Of a DNA stretch of 64,000 nucleotides, positions 53,224 through 61,820 are shown piece by piece. Location of the stretch: positions 32,001 through 96,000 of IMG/VR virus record IMGVR_UViG_3300045988_183134. One strand, 5' to 3'. Within the stretch, counting starts at the first letter, position 1; every line of letters starts with the position of its first letter. This DNA is from a virus. Both the position numbers and the translations under genes were made by a program. The notes beneath the pieces were generated by a model that saw only the letters and a program-made list of their open reading frames with translations, ran no database searches and had not been told where the DNA came from.

Positions 53224-53883
53224 ATGAGTTACGGTTTTGACATGGGCTTTGCGCAGGCGAACAGTTTGCAGGAAGCCATGGCGATTGCGCTGGAATACAC
53301 GCAATCGCAAATGACCGAAAAAAATATCAGGCAAGCCATCAGGAATAATCGGTATTATATTCCCTCGGTTCGTACCGGATACATTGCGGATGAGGAGAGC
53401 AAAAACTACAGAGCCGATGTACTTGCGGATACCGCTGACCGGTATTGGTTTGAGGCATTGTTTACCTTCCGTTTTCTGTATTGGGAAGAGCACAAGCTGC
53501 TCGGTATCATCATGATGCCGCCAGAAAGCGCAAGCGAGAAATGGCCGCTGAGTGTATATTTTCAGAACTCCTGCGACCAGGATTATCCGTTTTTCGAATG
53601 GAAGGAAGGCAATATCCCGTTCTTTGCGAACGCCGCCGCAAAAGCCGAAAACTATACGGAGGAAGAAATCCGCGCAAAGTTCGACTACGAAATCGAAGAT
53701 GAAGACCTCGAATATTATCGGCGCAATACTTGCTACAATGATATTTTTGAGGCACTCGCCCTCGAATCGTGGCTGGACAATCATTGCACGGATGTGCCGT
53801 TCGTAACTTTTGCTTTGCAGGGAATTCAGAACGAAGCCGAGCGATACCGGTATCTGCAATGGCTGAAAGCCGAAATCCAATAG
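53224..53883 (+). CDS. hypothetical protein
   Basis: Track ORF. SD AAAGGAGTG upstream. TAG stop. Confidence 0.75.
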   Translation: MSYGFDMGFAQANSLQEAMAIALEYTQSQMTEKNIRQAIRNNRYYIPSVRTGYIADEESKNYRADVLADTADRYWFEALFTFRFLYWEEHKLLGIIMMPPESASEKWPLSVYFQNSCDQDYPFFEWKEGNIPFFANAAAKAENYTEEEIRAKFDYEIEDEDLEYYRRNTCYNDIFEALALESWLDNHCTDVPFVTFALQGIQNEAERYRYLQWLKAEIQ

Positions 53884-53890
53884 CTGGTAC

Positions 53891-54022
53891 TTGCCCCAGT
53901 GTGCGAACCGCATAAAACAGTAACTGTACGATAGATACTATCTAAAGCACAATTCGTGTTCGTACAATTCACAATCTGCAAACAGGCGGACTTCCCGAAT
54001 TTTGGAGGTCCGCTATTTGTTT
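53891..54022 (+). promoter_or_regulatory. module copy 14
   Basis: TTGCCC-cagtg-TGCGAA-ccgca-TAAAAC. Leader CTGTACGATAGATAC..TCGTACAATTCACAATCTGC. Hairpin GGCGGACTTCCC..GGAGGTCCGC. Confidence 0.7.
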
Positions 54023-54041
54023 TACTATGAAAGGAGTTTTT

Positions 54042-54764
54042 ATGAGCAACCCAAAAAGACCAGTTTCTACGGTCGAAGAGTTTATCAAGGTTTTCCATGA
54101 GATGAGCGCCCGATACGGTCGCAGCGAACTCTGGTATGACTACATCGACATGCATGCCATTGCACTTGCGAATACCTGTGATTTACGGTGCAGGGATGCA
54201 AGAGAGGAACAGTACAATGCCATCGTCCAGAAATACGACGAGAAGACCGTACAGCAGTTTGCGGTGCTTACCGCCATCACAATGGCCGCGCTCTTGGAAA
54301 ACCCTGAGCAGGATTTTCTTGGCACCGTTTACCATAATCTCGGATTAAGCAAAAGCCAAGCAGGGCAGTTTTTCACGCCGTACAATGTCGGACAGATGAT
54401 GGCACGCATAAACATGCCGGATTCTCTTGTTCTGGACAAGTCCCGTATCCTGCGGGTAAACGACCCGTGCTGTGGTGCCGGATGCCTGCTTCTGGCGGGG
54501 TACAATGTGATGCGCGAGCAGTTGGAATCCACTGACCCGGACTGGGACAAGTATGTTCTGTTTGTGGCACAAGACATTGACCCTCTGGTCTGCAAGATGT
54601 GCTACATTCAAATGTGCTGTATTGGCGTTCCTGGAGTTGTCGTAGTTGGCAACTCTCTGTTACCGGACGCAGAACGGACACCGACAGATTTTTGGTTCAC
54701 GCATAAGTATTTTGCTTTGGACGAGAAAGCTCTCGAAAATACATACCAACAAAAAAAGGAGTAA
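54042..54764 (+). CDS. N6-adenine MTase-like SAM-binding protein lacking the catalytic (D/N)PP(Y/F) motif
   Basis: AGQFFTP (motif X), NDPCCGAGCLL (motif I), and VVVGNSL (pre-motif IV). The ORF ends ~30 aa later with no NPPF/NPPY. Confidence 0.6.
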   Translation: MSNPKRPVSTVEEFIKVFHEMSARYGRSELWYDYIDMHAIALANTCDLRCRDAREEQYNAIVQKYDEKTVQQFAVLTAITMAALLENPEQDFLGTVYHNLGLSKSQAGQFFTPYNVGQMMARINMPDSLVLDKSRILRVNDPCCGAGCLLLAGYNVMREQLESTDPDWDKYVLFVAQDIDPLVCKMCYIQMCCIGVPGVVVVGNSLLPDAERTPTDFWFTHKYFALDEKALENTYQQKKE

Positions 54765-54770
54765 TGACAA

Positions 54771-55286
54771 ATGCATATGGTAACCGAAACCCGCCAGCTC
54801 CGCGATGGCGAGAAACTGACTGAATTTTTCAACCGCATCGATTGGAAGCCGCTGTTTGAGTTCGTCCGACGCTATTTCGGTATCGGCGTGGAACAGCCTC
54901 CTACAACATGCCTCAAACCCAATGGTCGCATCGAGGTGAATTGGCCGGAGAATCTGCGCGATAAGTGTGGTCTTTTCGGCCATACGTACCGCGAAGTATA
55001 TCTGCAGACATTCTCGTCCTGCTGCTTCCACGACATCACCTACGACAAGGACATTGTCGATAAGTACCTCGCTCGTCCGGACTTTTATCGTTTGAATATT
55101 TCTTTGGAAAACGACTGCAACGGCACTTCTTCGGATGCTTATTTGCAGCTGACATTTTCGCTGAAACACATCGAATTTTCCGGAGGGTACAACTTCGCAA
55201 ACCTGTTCAGTGCTGAATACCGTAAAGATACAGGCTGGTTCGTTGTATCCGGAGAAGGCGAAGTCCTCATGGGAGCGAAGAAATAA
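54771..55286 (+). CDS. hypothetical protein, paralog of 42133..42621
   Basis: Track ORF. SD AAGGAG 9 nt upstream. Terminator at 55293-55323. Confidence 0.75.
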   Translation: MHMVTETRQLRDGEKLTEFFNRIDWKPLFEFVRRYFGIGVEQPPTTCLKPNGRIEVNWPENLRDKCGLFGHTYREVYLQTFSSCCFHDITYDKDIVDKYLARPDFYRLNISLENDCNGTSSDAYLQLTFSLKHIEFSGGYNFANLFSAEYRKDTGWFVVSGEGEVLMGAKK

Positions 55287-55325
55287 AAAGTCGCCGCTCA
55301 TCTTCGGATGGGCGGCATTTTTTGC

Positions 55326-55462
55326 TTGCCAAAATGTGCGAACCGTATAGAATGGTATTTGTACGATAGATACCATCTACTAAGGCACTATTTGCGTTCG
55401 TACAAAAATTCATAATTTCGCTGAGGCGGACTTTCCGAAAAATCGGGAGGTCTGCCTTTTTG
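55326..55462 (+). promoter_or_regulatory. module copy 15
   Basis: TTGCCA-aaatg-TGCGAA-ccgta-TAGAAT. Leader TTGTACGATAGATACCATCTAC..TCGTACAAAAATTCATAAT. Hairpin GGCGGACTTTCC...GGGAGGTCTGCC followed by T5. Confidence 0.75.
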
Positions 55463-55480
55463 CGTAGAAGGGAGTATTTT

Positions 55481-56191
55481 ATGGCAACCAGAAAAATCTT
55501 ATTCCGTGGTCAGACTCGGCGCAAGGGTGAACGGACCTCCATATCCGGTATCCCACTGCCAGGCATCTGGGTCGCGGGCGGCGTCTTTCCTCAGAACAAG
55601 GGATATGATTACGCGATAATCTACCAGCAGAACCCGAAGGTTGAGAAGTACGTTGTACATGCGGACACTATTGGCCAGTATACTGGCATCAACGATTCTC
55701 TCGGCAATTTCATCTTTGAAGATGACATCATCACTTTCTGGCTGAAGAATGATGCGACCCGAACACGCCGCAAGGGTGTAGTCGAGTATTCTGAATCGTC
55801 GGCCCGTTTTATGGCTCGCGTTTGCGAATCCACGGACGTTGTCATGCTCAAGGATTGCTGCTGCATTCACGTGATTGGGAATGTCTTTGACGGTGAATTC
55901 GACAAGAGTGAAAGCGAAATGAAGCAACTTTATACTGAATGCTTGAACCTTGCAAAATCCATTGACGCTATCATGCTCTGCTACAACCCGGACATCGACG
56001 CTCTCAAGGCTGAAAATCTTTCTGATATGGCTGTGCGCTTGCTCGATGGAGTTTCCCGCCGTGACGTTGTCAAGGACTTAGAGGATTTTCGTGACAAGTG
56101 GAGGCATTACAACGAACAGGCAGCAGCAGAATCTCAAGTGATTCTTGACAAAATTTCTGAGCTGTTCGAAAAGGATGGTGATAGCAAATGA
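55481..56191 (+). CDS. YopX-family protein with extra C-terminal helical region
   Basis: KILFRGQT...VVHADTIGQYTGINDSLGNFIFEDDII matches the YopX core. Confidence 0.75.
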   Translation: MATRKILFRGQTRRKGERTSISGIPLPGIWVAGGVFPQNKGYDYAIIYQQNPKVEKYVVHADTIGQYTGINDSLGNFIFEDDIITFWLKNDATRTRRKGVVEYSESSARFMARVCESTDVVMLKDCCCIHVIGNVFDGEFDKSESEMKQLYTECLNLAKSIDAIMLCYNPDIDALKAENLSDMAVRLLDGVSRRDVVKDLEDFRDKWRHYNEQAAAESQVILDKISELFEKDGDSK

Positions 56192-56460
56192 CGACCGAAA
56201 CTGAATACCAAAATGCCGTGAACTACCTTACCAAGCTCCTGAATGGCGGCTTGATGGGGGAGCGAGGCAGTAAACCTTTGCGTATAGCCATCGAGGCTTG
56301 TGAGCTGCAAATTCCAAAGCAGCCCATCTCGAAAAGCTGGTCTCCGAACCTCTGCCCACATTGCGATGCGGACTTAGGCGGGGACTACAACGATGGGTAC
56401 TACCAGAATCCACATTATGAGCGATGCCCTGTTTGCGGACAAAAACTCAAATACATCTAA
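56188..56460 (+). CDS. small zinc-ribbon protein
   Basis: CPHCDADL...CPVCGQKL. ATGA overlap. Confidence 0.65.
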   Translation: MTTETEYQNAVNYLTKLLNGGLMGERGSKPLRIAIEACELQIPKQPISKSWSPNLCPHCDADLGGDYNDGYYQNPHYERCPVCGQKLKYI

Positions 56461-56553
56461 CCGGCAGGGAGCAATCGTTCCCTGGAAATCATTACCCCGC
56501 ACAGGCCCCAATGCTGCCTGTGCATGATTTTTTTATATTGCAAGGAGACTATC

Positions 56554-56802
56554 ATGGAATACAACAAGAAGTTTGACCCTGTAGCTCGTATGAGACACGA
56601 AATTGAGCACAGCAAAGAAACTGTCTTGCTCTCGCGTGACGGCAAGATGGTTGGCAAAATTGTCAATCGTCATTCTTACCGCTGCCGAATGGAAGGATGT
56701 CGGGGCTGGCGCATCTGCGTCAAATGGCCAGATGGACACCACACTTACCCCTGCTCCTGCGGCTGCCGGAGCATCGACAAAAACACGCTGCAAATTGTTT
56801 AG
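56554..56802 (+). CDS. small Cys-rich protein
   Basis: SD AAGGAG before ATG56554, inside track ORF 56524..56802. TAG stop. Confidence 0.6.
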   Translation: MEYNKKFDPVARMRHEIEHSKETVLLSRDGKMVGKIVNRHSYRCRMEGCRGWRICVKWPDGHHTYPCSCGCRSIDKNTLQIV

Positions 56803-56821
56803 CAGAAAAGGAGAATGTATC

Positions 56822-57202
56822 ATGACTTTACCGACCAACCATCCATACTTTTTCACTTGCCCGCAGTGTGGCTGCAAGCTTATTTCCGTATCCAGCGGTG
56901 TAAAGGCTAAACCGCATTGTCCGGAATGTGACTATTCTGCTGATGACGCATTCGTGGTCAAGGACCGCGTCATGAACGAAGCTATGAATGTCATCGCCGA
57001 TAACGCAGAACTGGCTGAAAATTTTGCCGAAACTGTCAAGAACGAAATTGCAAGCGATGATGATGCCTATGCACACATCGGGTTTCATCTGGCAAACGAT
57101 ATCCGGAATCAGAGTCCTGCATCCGAGGTGCTCTTGACCCTTTGCGGCTGGAACATTGACACGCTACTCGACAAAACGCCTCCCATCGCTATCGAGGACT
57201 GA
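56822..57202 (+). CDS. zinc-ribbon protein
   Basis: SD AAAGGAG before ATG56822. CPQCGC...CPECDY. Confidence 0.65.
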   Translation: MTLPTNHPYFFTCPQCGCKLISVSSGVKAKPHCPECDYSADDAFVVKDRVMNEAMNVIADNAELAENFAETVKNEIASDDDAYAHIGFHLANDIRNQSPASEVLLTLCGWNIDTLLDKTPPIAIED

Positions 57203-57249
57203 CGCCATTGGTACTGTCCAGAACGTCAAAACTTTGGCACAAATACGCC

Positions 57250-57388
57250 TTGCTGATACGTGCGAATCAGAGATAATAATATTTGTACGATAGATATCAT
57301 TTGTCTTTGACAAGGTCTCTTGTGCATGTACTATTCACAATTTCGTTGAAGAGCGGACTTCTTGTTATTCAGGAAGCCCGCTTTTTAT
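57250..57388 (+). promoter_or_regulatory. module copy 16 (divergent leader)
   Basis: TTGCTG-atacg-TGCGAA-tcaga-GATAAT. Leader TTGTACGATAGATATC...GTACTATTCACAAT. Hairpin AGCGGACTTCTT...AGGAAGCCCGCT followed by T5. Confidence 0.65.
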
Positions 57389-57414
57389 ATTAAATTTTAA
57401 GGAGTGTATTATCT

Positions 57415-58473
57415 ATGTCTAACAAAACAAACCAATCCGTTCTGGTCAATGACACCAGCAGCTACTACCTCAAGCAGTATGCAGCTCTGCAGTTCCCGGG
57501 CTCCGTTGACAATTTCGGGACCAAGACACCCATTCATCTTTTGCAGCAACAAGAAGAATCTGAGCACAGCGTATCCTTACGTGAAGCTTGCGATTCGGAC
57601 TATGACCTCGATGGTGCGCAGTTCTTGTTCGAGGGCGCGACTTATGACTCGGTGACAGATTTGGTCAAGGACAATCTGTGCCTTGACGACGAAGAATCGA
57701 TTCAGAAATACAATGAGCATCCTCGGTTTGACCCGTTTATTCCGTACGATGAACTGGTTGACAAAAAGAATGCCGACAGGGAAGACATCCGCGATATTCG
57801 TGATTCGCACCGTCTCGACACGATGGCCGACTATGTCGATATGTACTCCACGGCAAGCGGGTATGATACAGCAGATGATATCACGGTTCTGCTTCCTTCT
57901 TCCTCGTATGAAACTGTGGGTATGGCGTTCACACATCAGGCTCTCAAGCAGTATGAGAAGTCGATTGACAATCATCTGTTCCGTAAGCACCGCTGCTATG
58001 CGGCGTGCGGAGAAGGCTATGGCCGTGAAGCTGGCGACTACTACCCCATCATGAATTTCATTCGTGATGCAGGGGAGCAGCTGCTGATTCAGGACCTCGA
58101 GAACTTCGATGTCAAAGTGATGGAGCTCGCTTCCGACGATGAAGTCGCTGACTTTTATTGCGAACATCCTCACGAGTTGTTTCGAGCTGCTTATATCAAA
58201 GTCTCTGAAAAAGACACCATTGGCAAATGCTATTCTCGTCTGTACGTCTTTTGCTCCGGTCACGAGGAAACCTTCTCTGACGGAAGCAGTTTCCCGGTTT
58301 GCGACAGCCATTATGTCAAGGCCGTCAAGGAAGGGAAGGAATACAAAGTTCCTTATCCTTTTGACTGCAACCGTTTCGCCGATGAACTGAACAAAAAGTT
58401 CAATGAAAAGGAACGCTTGACACCCGCTCAGCGCCTTTTCTTCTGGACTGAGTACAAAAAACCTATCGAATAA
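57415..58473 (+). CDS. hypothetical acidic protein
   Basis: Track ORF. SD AAGGAGTGT upstream. Confidence 0.75.
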   Translation: MSNKTNQSVLVNDTSSYYLKQYAALQFPGSVDNFGTKTPIHLLQQQEESEHSVSLREACDSDYDLDGAQFLFEGATYDSVTDLVKDNLCLDDEESIQKYNEHPRFDPFIPYDELVDKKNADREDIRDIRDSHRLDTMADYVDMYSTASGYDTADDITVLLPSSSYETVGMAFTHQALKQYEKSIDNHLFRKHRCYAACGEGYGREAGDYYPIMNFIRDAGEQLLIQDLENFDVKVMELASDDEVADFYCEHPHELFRAAYIKVSEKDTIGKCYSRLYVFCSGHEETFSDGSSFPVCDSHYVKAVKEGKEYKVPYPFDCNRFADELNKKFNEKERLTPAQRLFFWTEYKKPIE

Positions 58474-58491
58474 CAAAGAGGAGAAATTGCT

Positions 58492-58692
58492 ATGAAAAGC
58501 TTTAATGTTGTTGTGACCGTTTCCACTACCATCTGCGTTGATGCCAACACCCCTGAGGATGCCATCAAGAAAGTACAGAAGGCACTTGACGCCAACGATG
58601 CTGGGACTGCCATGCAGCTTGGCGAAAACCTGTCGTGTGCTTTGCGCGATGGCGGCTATCAGGTGACGAATGCCGTTGAAGTGGACGAGTAA
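58492..58692 (+). CDS. hypothetical small protein
   Basis: Track ORF. SD AGAGGAG upstream. Confidence 0.65.
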   Translation: MKSFNVVVTVSTTICVDANTPEDAIKKVQKALDANDAGTAMQLGENLSCALRDGGYQVTNAVEVDE

Positions 58693-58705
58693 GGGGAGAT
58701 GCGAT

Positions 58706-58894
58706 ATGACAATCCCTTCGATTCCTTGTCCTTCCTGTGACTTTACGCTCAAGCCTGTCTGGTTCTTAGAAAAGGAGCTGGACAATCACGGCATCCCGAC
58801 CGGACGCACTCGCAAGGCTTGCAGTTGCTTGCTCTGTGATGCGTGCGGGCACAAGGAAACGGTAGATGATACATTTGATGAGCCATACAAATAA
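58706..58894 (+). CDS. small zinc-ribbon protein
   Basis: SD AAGGGGAG before ATG58706. CPSCDF...CLLCDACGH. Confidence 0.6.
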   Translation: MTIPSIPCPSCDFTLKPVWFLEKELDNHGIPTGRTRKACSCLLCDACGHKETVDDTFDEPYK

Positions 58895-58910
58895 ACATGA
58901 GGTGACAAAA

Positions 58911-59078
58911 ATGGTTCGTTTTTATACGCCAAGCTTGTATGGGGCATGCGATGCTCTTGACCTTTACGACATCGACTACGATTTGGATGATGGCGACCGC
59001 ATTATGGTAGACGATTCTCTCTACGATGCTGCTCTCGACGCATTCGATGAGTATGACATTGAGTATGAGGAGGTGTAA
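58911..59078 (+). CDS. mini-protein, family member 1 (55 aa)
   Basis: SD GAGGTG before ATG58911. MVRFY...ALDLYDIDYD...VDDSLY..ALDAFDEYDIEYE. Confidence 0.55.
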   Translation: MVRFYTPSLYGACDALDLYDIDYDLDDGDRIMVDDSLYDAALDAFDEYDIEYEEV

Positions 59079-59080
59079 GC

Positions 59081-59290
59081 ATGCCGCGCCCTAACAAAAT
59101 CAATCCTAAGAAGCCTTGTCCGTTTTGTGGCGCTTTCCTCGAAAACGAAGCACCCAGCACCATCTGGTGTCATCCGCACAACAGTTGCTTGCTGAGTCTC
59201 CGTGGCATTGTCGGAGCTGACCAAATCGTTCAGTGGGATACGCGATACGGCGAGATGACTGGCAAAGACAATGCGATTTGTGAGGAATGA
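59081..59290 (+). CDS. small zinc-ribbon protein
   Basis: Track ORF. SD GAGGAGG upstream. CPFCGA...C. Confidence 0.6.
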   Translation: MPRPNKINPKKPCPFCGAFLENEAPSTIWCHPHNSCLLSLRGIVGADQIVQWDTRYGEMTGKDNAICEE

Positions 59291-59292
59291 TA

Positions 59293-59460
59293 ATGGCCAG
59301 ATTTTTCGTTTATAGCACGAAGGAAGCTGCTGCGGCTTTGAAAGAAGCGCATATCCCTTACCGGGTACACGGCGAGTACTGTATATCGGTGAACAATAAT
59401 GATTACAGCACCGCTGTTGAGGCTTTCTTTCGCAACGATGTAAGTTTTCAACCGGAATAA
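59293..59460 (+). CDS. mini-protein, family member 2 (55 aa)
   Basis: Not in track (<60 aa). MARFFVYSTKEAAAALKEAHIPYRV...VNNNDYSTAVEAFFRNDVSF shows the same pattern as 58911. Confidence 0.45.
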   Translation: MARFFVYSTKEAAAALKEAHIPYRVHGEYCISVNNNDYSTAVEAFFRNDVSFQPE

Positions 59461-59474
59461 AGGAGGTATTTCTC

Positions 59475-59651
59475 ATTACAAGATTCTTGGCGTTTGGCCT
59501 TGCTGCCGCATGCGCCGCACTTGCTCAAGAAGCGATTCCGTATTCACTTGACTGCCATCGACTGATTCTGGTTGATGAAAGCCATTACTTTGAAACCATT
59601 GATATTTTCGATGATTACGACATCGATTTCGATGTTATCGGAAATTTTTGA
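59475..59651 (+). CDS. mini-protein, family member 3, apparent ATT start
   Basis: SD AGGAGG 8 nt before ATT59475. ITRFLAF...ALAQEAIPYSL...VDESHYFETIDIFDDYDIDFD. No canonical start lies near the SD. Confidence 0.35.
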   Translation: MTRFLAFGLAAACAALAQEAIPYSLDCHRLILVDESHYFETIDIFDDYDIDFDVIGNF

Positions 59652-59664
59652 AAGGAGAACTGTT

Positions 59665-59940
59665 ATGTTTACAAAAGAACTCTATAAAATCACATGTACC
59701 CGCAACGGTGAAACCAGCGATATCGGCACTTATTTGCTCAAGCCCGGCCCGGAGGCTCCAATGGACTGCTACCGCAACTTTTTGAACAAAACGGATGTGG
59801 CCGTTTCCATCAAAAGCGTGCCGGACGGATTTATCATCACTGATAATTCTGAACCTGACACCAGCTACCACCTGATGTTTATCCCGATGGACGACGATTT
59901 CTGGGCCCGCTGCGCGGCTGAAAAAGAAACGAAACAATAA
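59665..59940 (+). CDS. hypothetical protein
   Basis: SD AAAGGAG before ATG59665, inside track ORF 59572..59940. Terminator at 59946-59981. Confidence 0.65.
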   Translation: MFTKELYKITCTRNGETSDIGTYLLKPGPEAPMDCYRNFLNKTDVAVSIKSVPDGFIITDNSEPDTSYHLMFIPMDDDFWARCAAEKETKQ

Positions 59941-60013
59941 TATTTGCCCCTTCACTCCTTTTGGAATGAGGGGGCTTTTTTAGTGCAAAAGCTCTCATAT
60001 TTGAGGTGAAAAC

Positions 60014-60451
60014 ATGCCGGAAAAAGTCAAAAAGCCCGCTAAACCCACGACTAACTTGTTGCAAAATATCAGGTCGCCGCGACCGTCACAAATCGATGAA
60101 AATGTTCCAAAATCGAAGCACTATCGTTCGGAACTTGAACCCTTGCTTGGTGCTGCCATCACACTCAAATGCCCCGACTGGACAATTTTTCACGAGGAAC
60201 ACTATACAAAAATTTTGCTAAAAGCTGCTTCTGTGATGAAAGCTCCATCCGGCAGATGCGTGCCTCTGCCAATTGCCGTGGACCATGTTTGGGTTGCTGT
60301 TGACCTTGGATGGGAGCAGCGGAACAACCCGCAAGAAGGCTGTTGTTTACTCGTTCGTGGGTTTGTGGAGGAATATGTATCCCTGCTGCACAATACCAGG
60401 AACATCGGTGTACGAGCGTTATCGATACACATTGTTTTTTCTGGGAACTAA
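60014..60451 (+). CDS. hypothetical protein (weak call)
   Basis: Track ORF. SD GAGGTG upstream. Overlapped by an equally long antisense ORF. Confidence 0.4.
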   Translation: MPEKVKKPAKPTTNLLQNIRSPRPSQIDENVPKSKHYRSELEPLLGAAITLKCPDWTIFHEEHYTKILLKAASVMKAPSGRCVPLPIAVDHVWVAVDLGWEQRNNPQEGCCLLVRGFVEEYVSLLHNTRNIGVRALSIHIVFSGN

Positions 60452-60552
60452 GCGTTAGTCGCGTTCGGGCAGCTTCTTTGTTGACAGCCAGGCTGTGCTG
60501 CTGTACGATAATTTCATCGCATCCGAGTCTTAATATTTCTCGTGTTTTTGTT

Positions 60553-60671
60553 TTGACTTCGCTTGCAACCGCCATATACTCTTTAGTGTACAATTGACGA
60601 CATCCTAATCGTCCGTATTCACAATTCTGCAGACAATGGCAGACTTACCGCTTTGGTGGGCCTGTTTTTTA
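60553..60671 (+). ncRNA. orphan module, copy 17 (promoter, ~85 nt RNA, terminator), no CDS
   Basis: TTGACT-tcgct-TGCAAC-cgcca-TATACT. Leader GTGTACAATTGACGA..TCGTCCGTATTCACAATTCTGC. Hairpin GGCAGACTTACC..GGTGGGCCTG followed by T6. A second terminator and the next module follow directly. Confidence 0.5.
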
Positions 60672-60710
60672 TGCATTGATGCCGCTTGCTGTTAAGCAGG
60701 TGGTTTTTTG

Positions 60711-60850
60711 TTGACGCTGCTTGCGAACGGCATAAACTTTTAGTTGTACGATAGATATCATCTACCAGGCGCGTTTTGCGTTCGTACAATTCACAATCTC
60801 GTACAATGAAGGCAGATTCACTTTCGGGTGAGTCTGCCTTTTTTGTTTGT
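60711..60850 (+). repeat. module copy 18; left copy of a near-identical direct repeat
   Basis: TTGACG-ctgct-TGCGAA-cggca-TAAACT and the full leader and terminator. It differs from 61821-61960 at only ~5 positions. Followed by an SD and ATG-ATA-TAG only. Confidence 0.75.
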
Positions 60851-60913
60851 GATAAAGGAGGAAAACGTATGATATAGCAACGCTAAAATACTTTGTGTCA
60901 ATGTTGTTTTTTG

Positions 60914-60942
60914 TTGAACCGAGAACTTTTTTGTGCTACAAT
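60914..60942 (+). promoter_or_regulatory. ordinary sigma-A promoter of the inserted 60996-61776 module
   Basis: TTGAAC, 17 nt spacer, TGcTACAAT. It lacks the TGCGAA element. Confidence 0.6.
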
Positions 60943-60995
60943 AAATGTAAAGACAAAAGAGCTCTCCTAAATTTTGAAAGAAAGGAGAGTCCGTA

Positions 60996-61229
60996 ATGAG
61001 CGAGGAACTTACAATGAAAAAATATCATTTTATCATCACGCCTACTGGCGAAAGAAAGCTCGTTTTTTCACCTGATGTTACATACATCGATGGTAAAGAT
61101 GCTGAGTGTCTTTATAATCAAATCATGAATGGCGAACCTTCTACCGAAACCGATGAACAAGCTATGAAAAAAATCGCAGAAGAGGACGCACGTTTGCGGA
61201 CACTTGAAGCAAATGGAGCTCAGATTTGA
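60996..61229 (+). CDS. small protein upstream of and overlapping the GNAT-like gene (possible antitoxin-like partner)
   Basis: Track ORF. SD AAAGGAGAG upstream. Overlaps the next gene by 17 nt (26 nt with the TTG61204 start). Low GC. Confidence 0.6.
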   Translation: MSEELTMKKYHFIITPTGERKLVFSPDVTYIDGKDAECLYNQIMNGEPSTETDEQAMKKIAEEDARLRTLEANGAQI

Positions 61230-61776
61230 GCCAAAATTTTATCGGGAACATCTTGGCGAAAAAAGTGACCACAAATCCCTTATCCAAGATTTCCAACCTA
61301 CTAGGCCAGAAGGCTATGGCTTGACAAGATATCTGCAAGACCAAGCTTTCGTTGATGAAGAATCCGGAAATATCCGCACCTATTTGATTCGTCAAAAAGG
61401 GACCGGCGAACTTGTTGGATATTATTCGATTCGTGCAGGAAATATCTTGTTGAGGCAAAATGAATCGACGAATGTCATCTCTGGAATCGAGCTTACGAAT
61501 TTTGCTGTAAACGGCAAATACAGAGTGCGTCACCCTAAAGTTACAATGGTCGGAGCACGAATTTTCTATGGATTTATCATGCCTCAGATAAGAGAAATTC
61601 GTGAAACACTTGGTGTAAAAATTTTGTATATTTTTGCTCTTGACCAAGTTCCTTTGTTAAACTACTACAAACGATTAGGCTTTTTGTCCCTACAAAAGCA
61701 AGACGAACAATTTGTTTATCAAACATGCAAACCGTCCTATGATGTAACTTGCATTTTCATGTATAAACTGTTGTGA
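61213..61776 (+). CDS. GNAT-like acetyltransferase (putative)
   Basis: GELVGYYSIRAG...IELTNFAVNGKYR...GARIFYGFI...LNYYKRLGF has a GNAT-like layout. The start could be TTG61204. Confidence 0.45.
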   Translation: MELRFEPKFYREHLGEKSDHKSLIQDFQPTRPEGYGLTRYLQDQAFVDEESGNIRTYLIRQKGTGELVGYYSIRAGNILLRQNESTNVISGIELTNFAVNGKYRVRHPKVTMVGARIFYGFIMPQIREIRETLGVKILYIFALDQVPLLNYYKRLGFLSLQKQDEQFVYQTCKPSYDVTCIFMYKLL

Positions 61777-61820
61777 TTTTCGCCCGTTTACCGTATCGGT
61801 AGGCGGACTTTGCTTTTTTG

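Noticed and set aside
60165-60593. Minus-strand ORF of 142 aa opposite 60014..60451.
   Set aside because: It has no SD, its composition looks random, and every other gene in this region is on the + strand. The + ORF is itself only a weak call.
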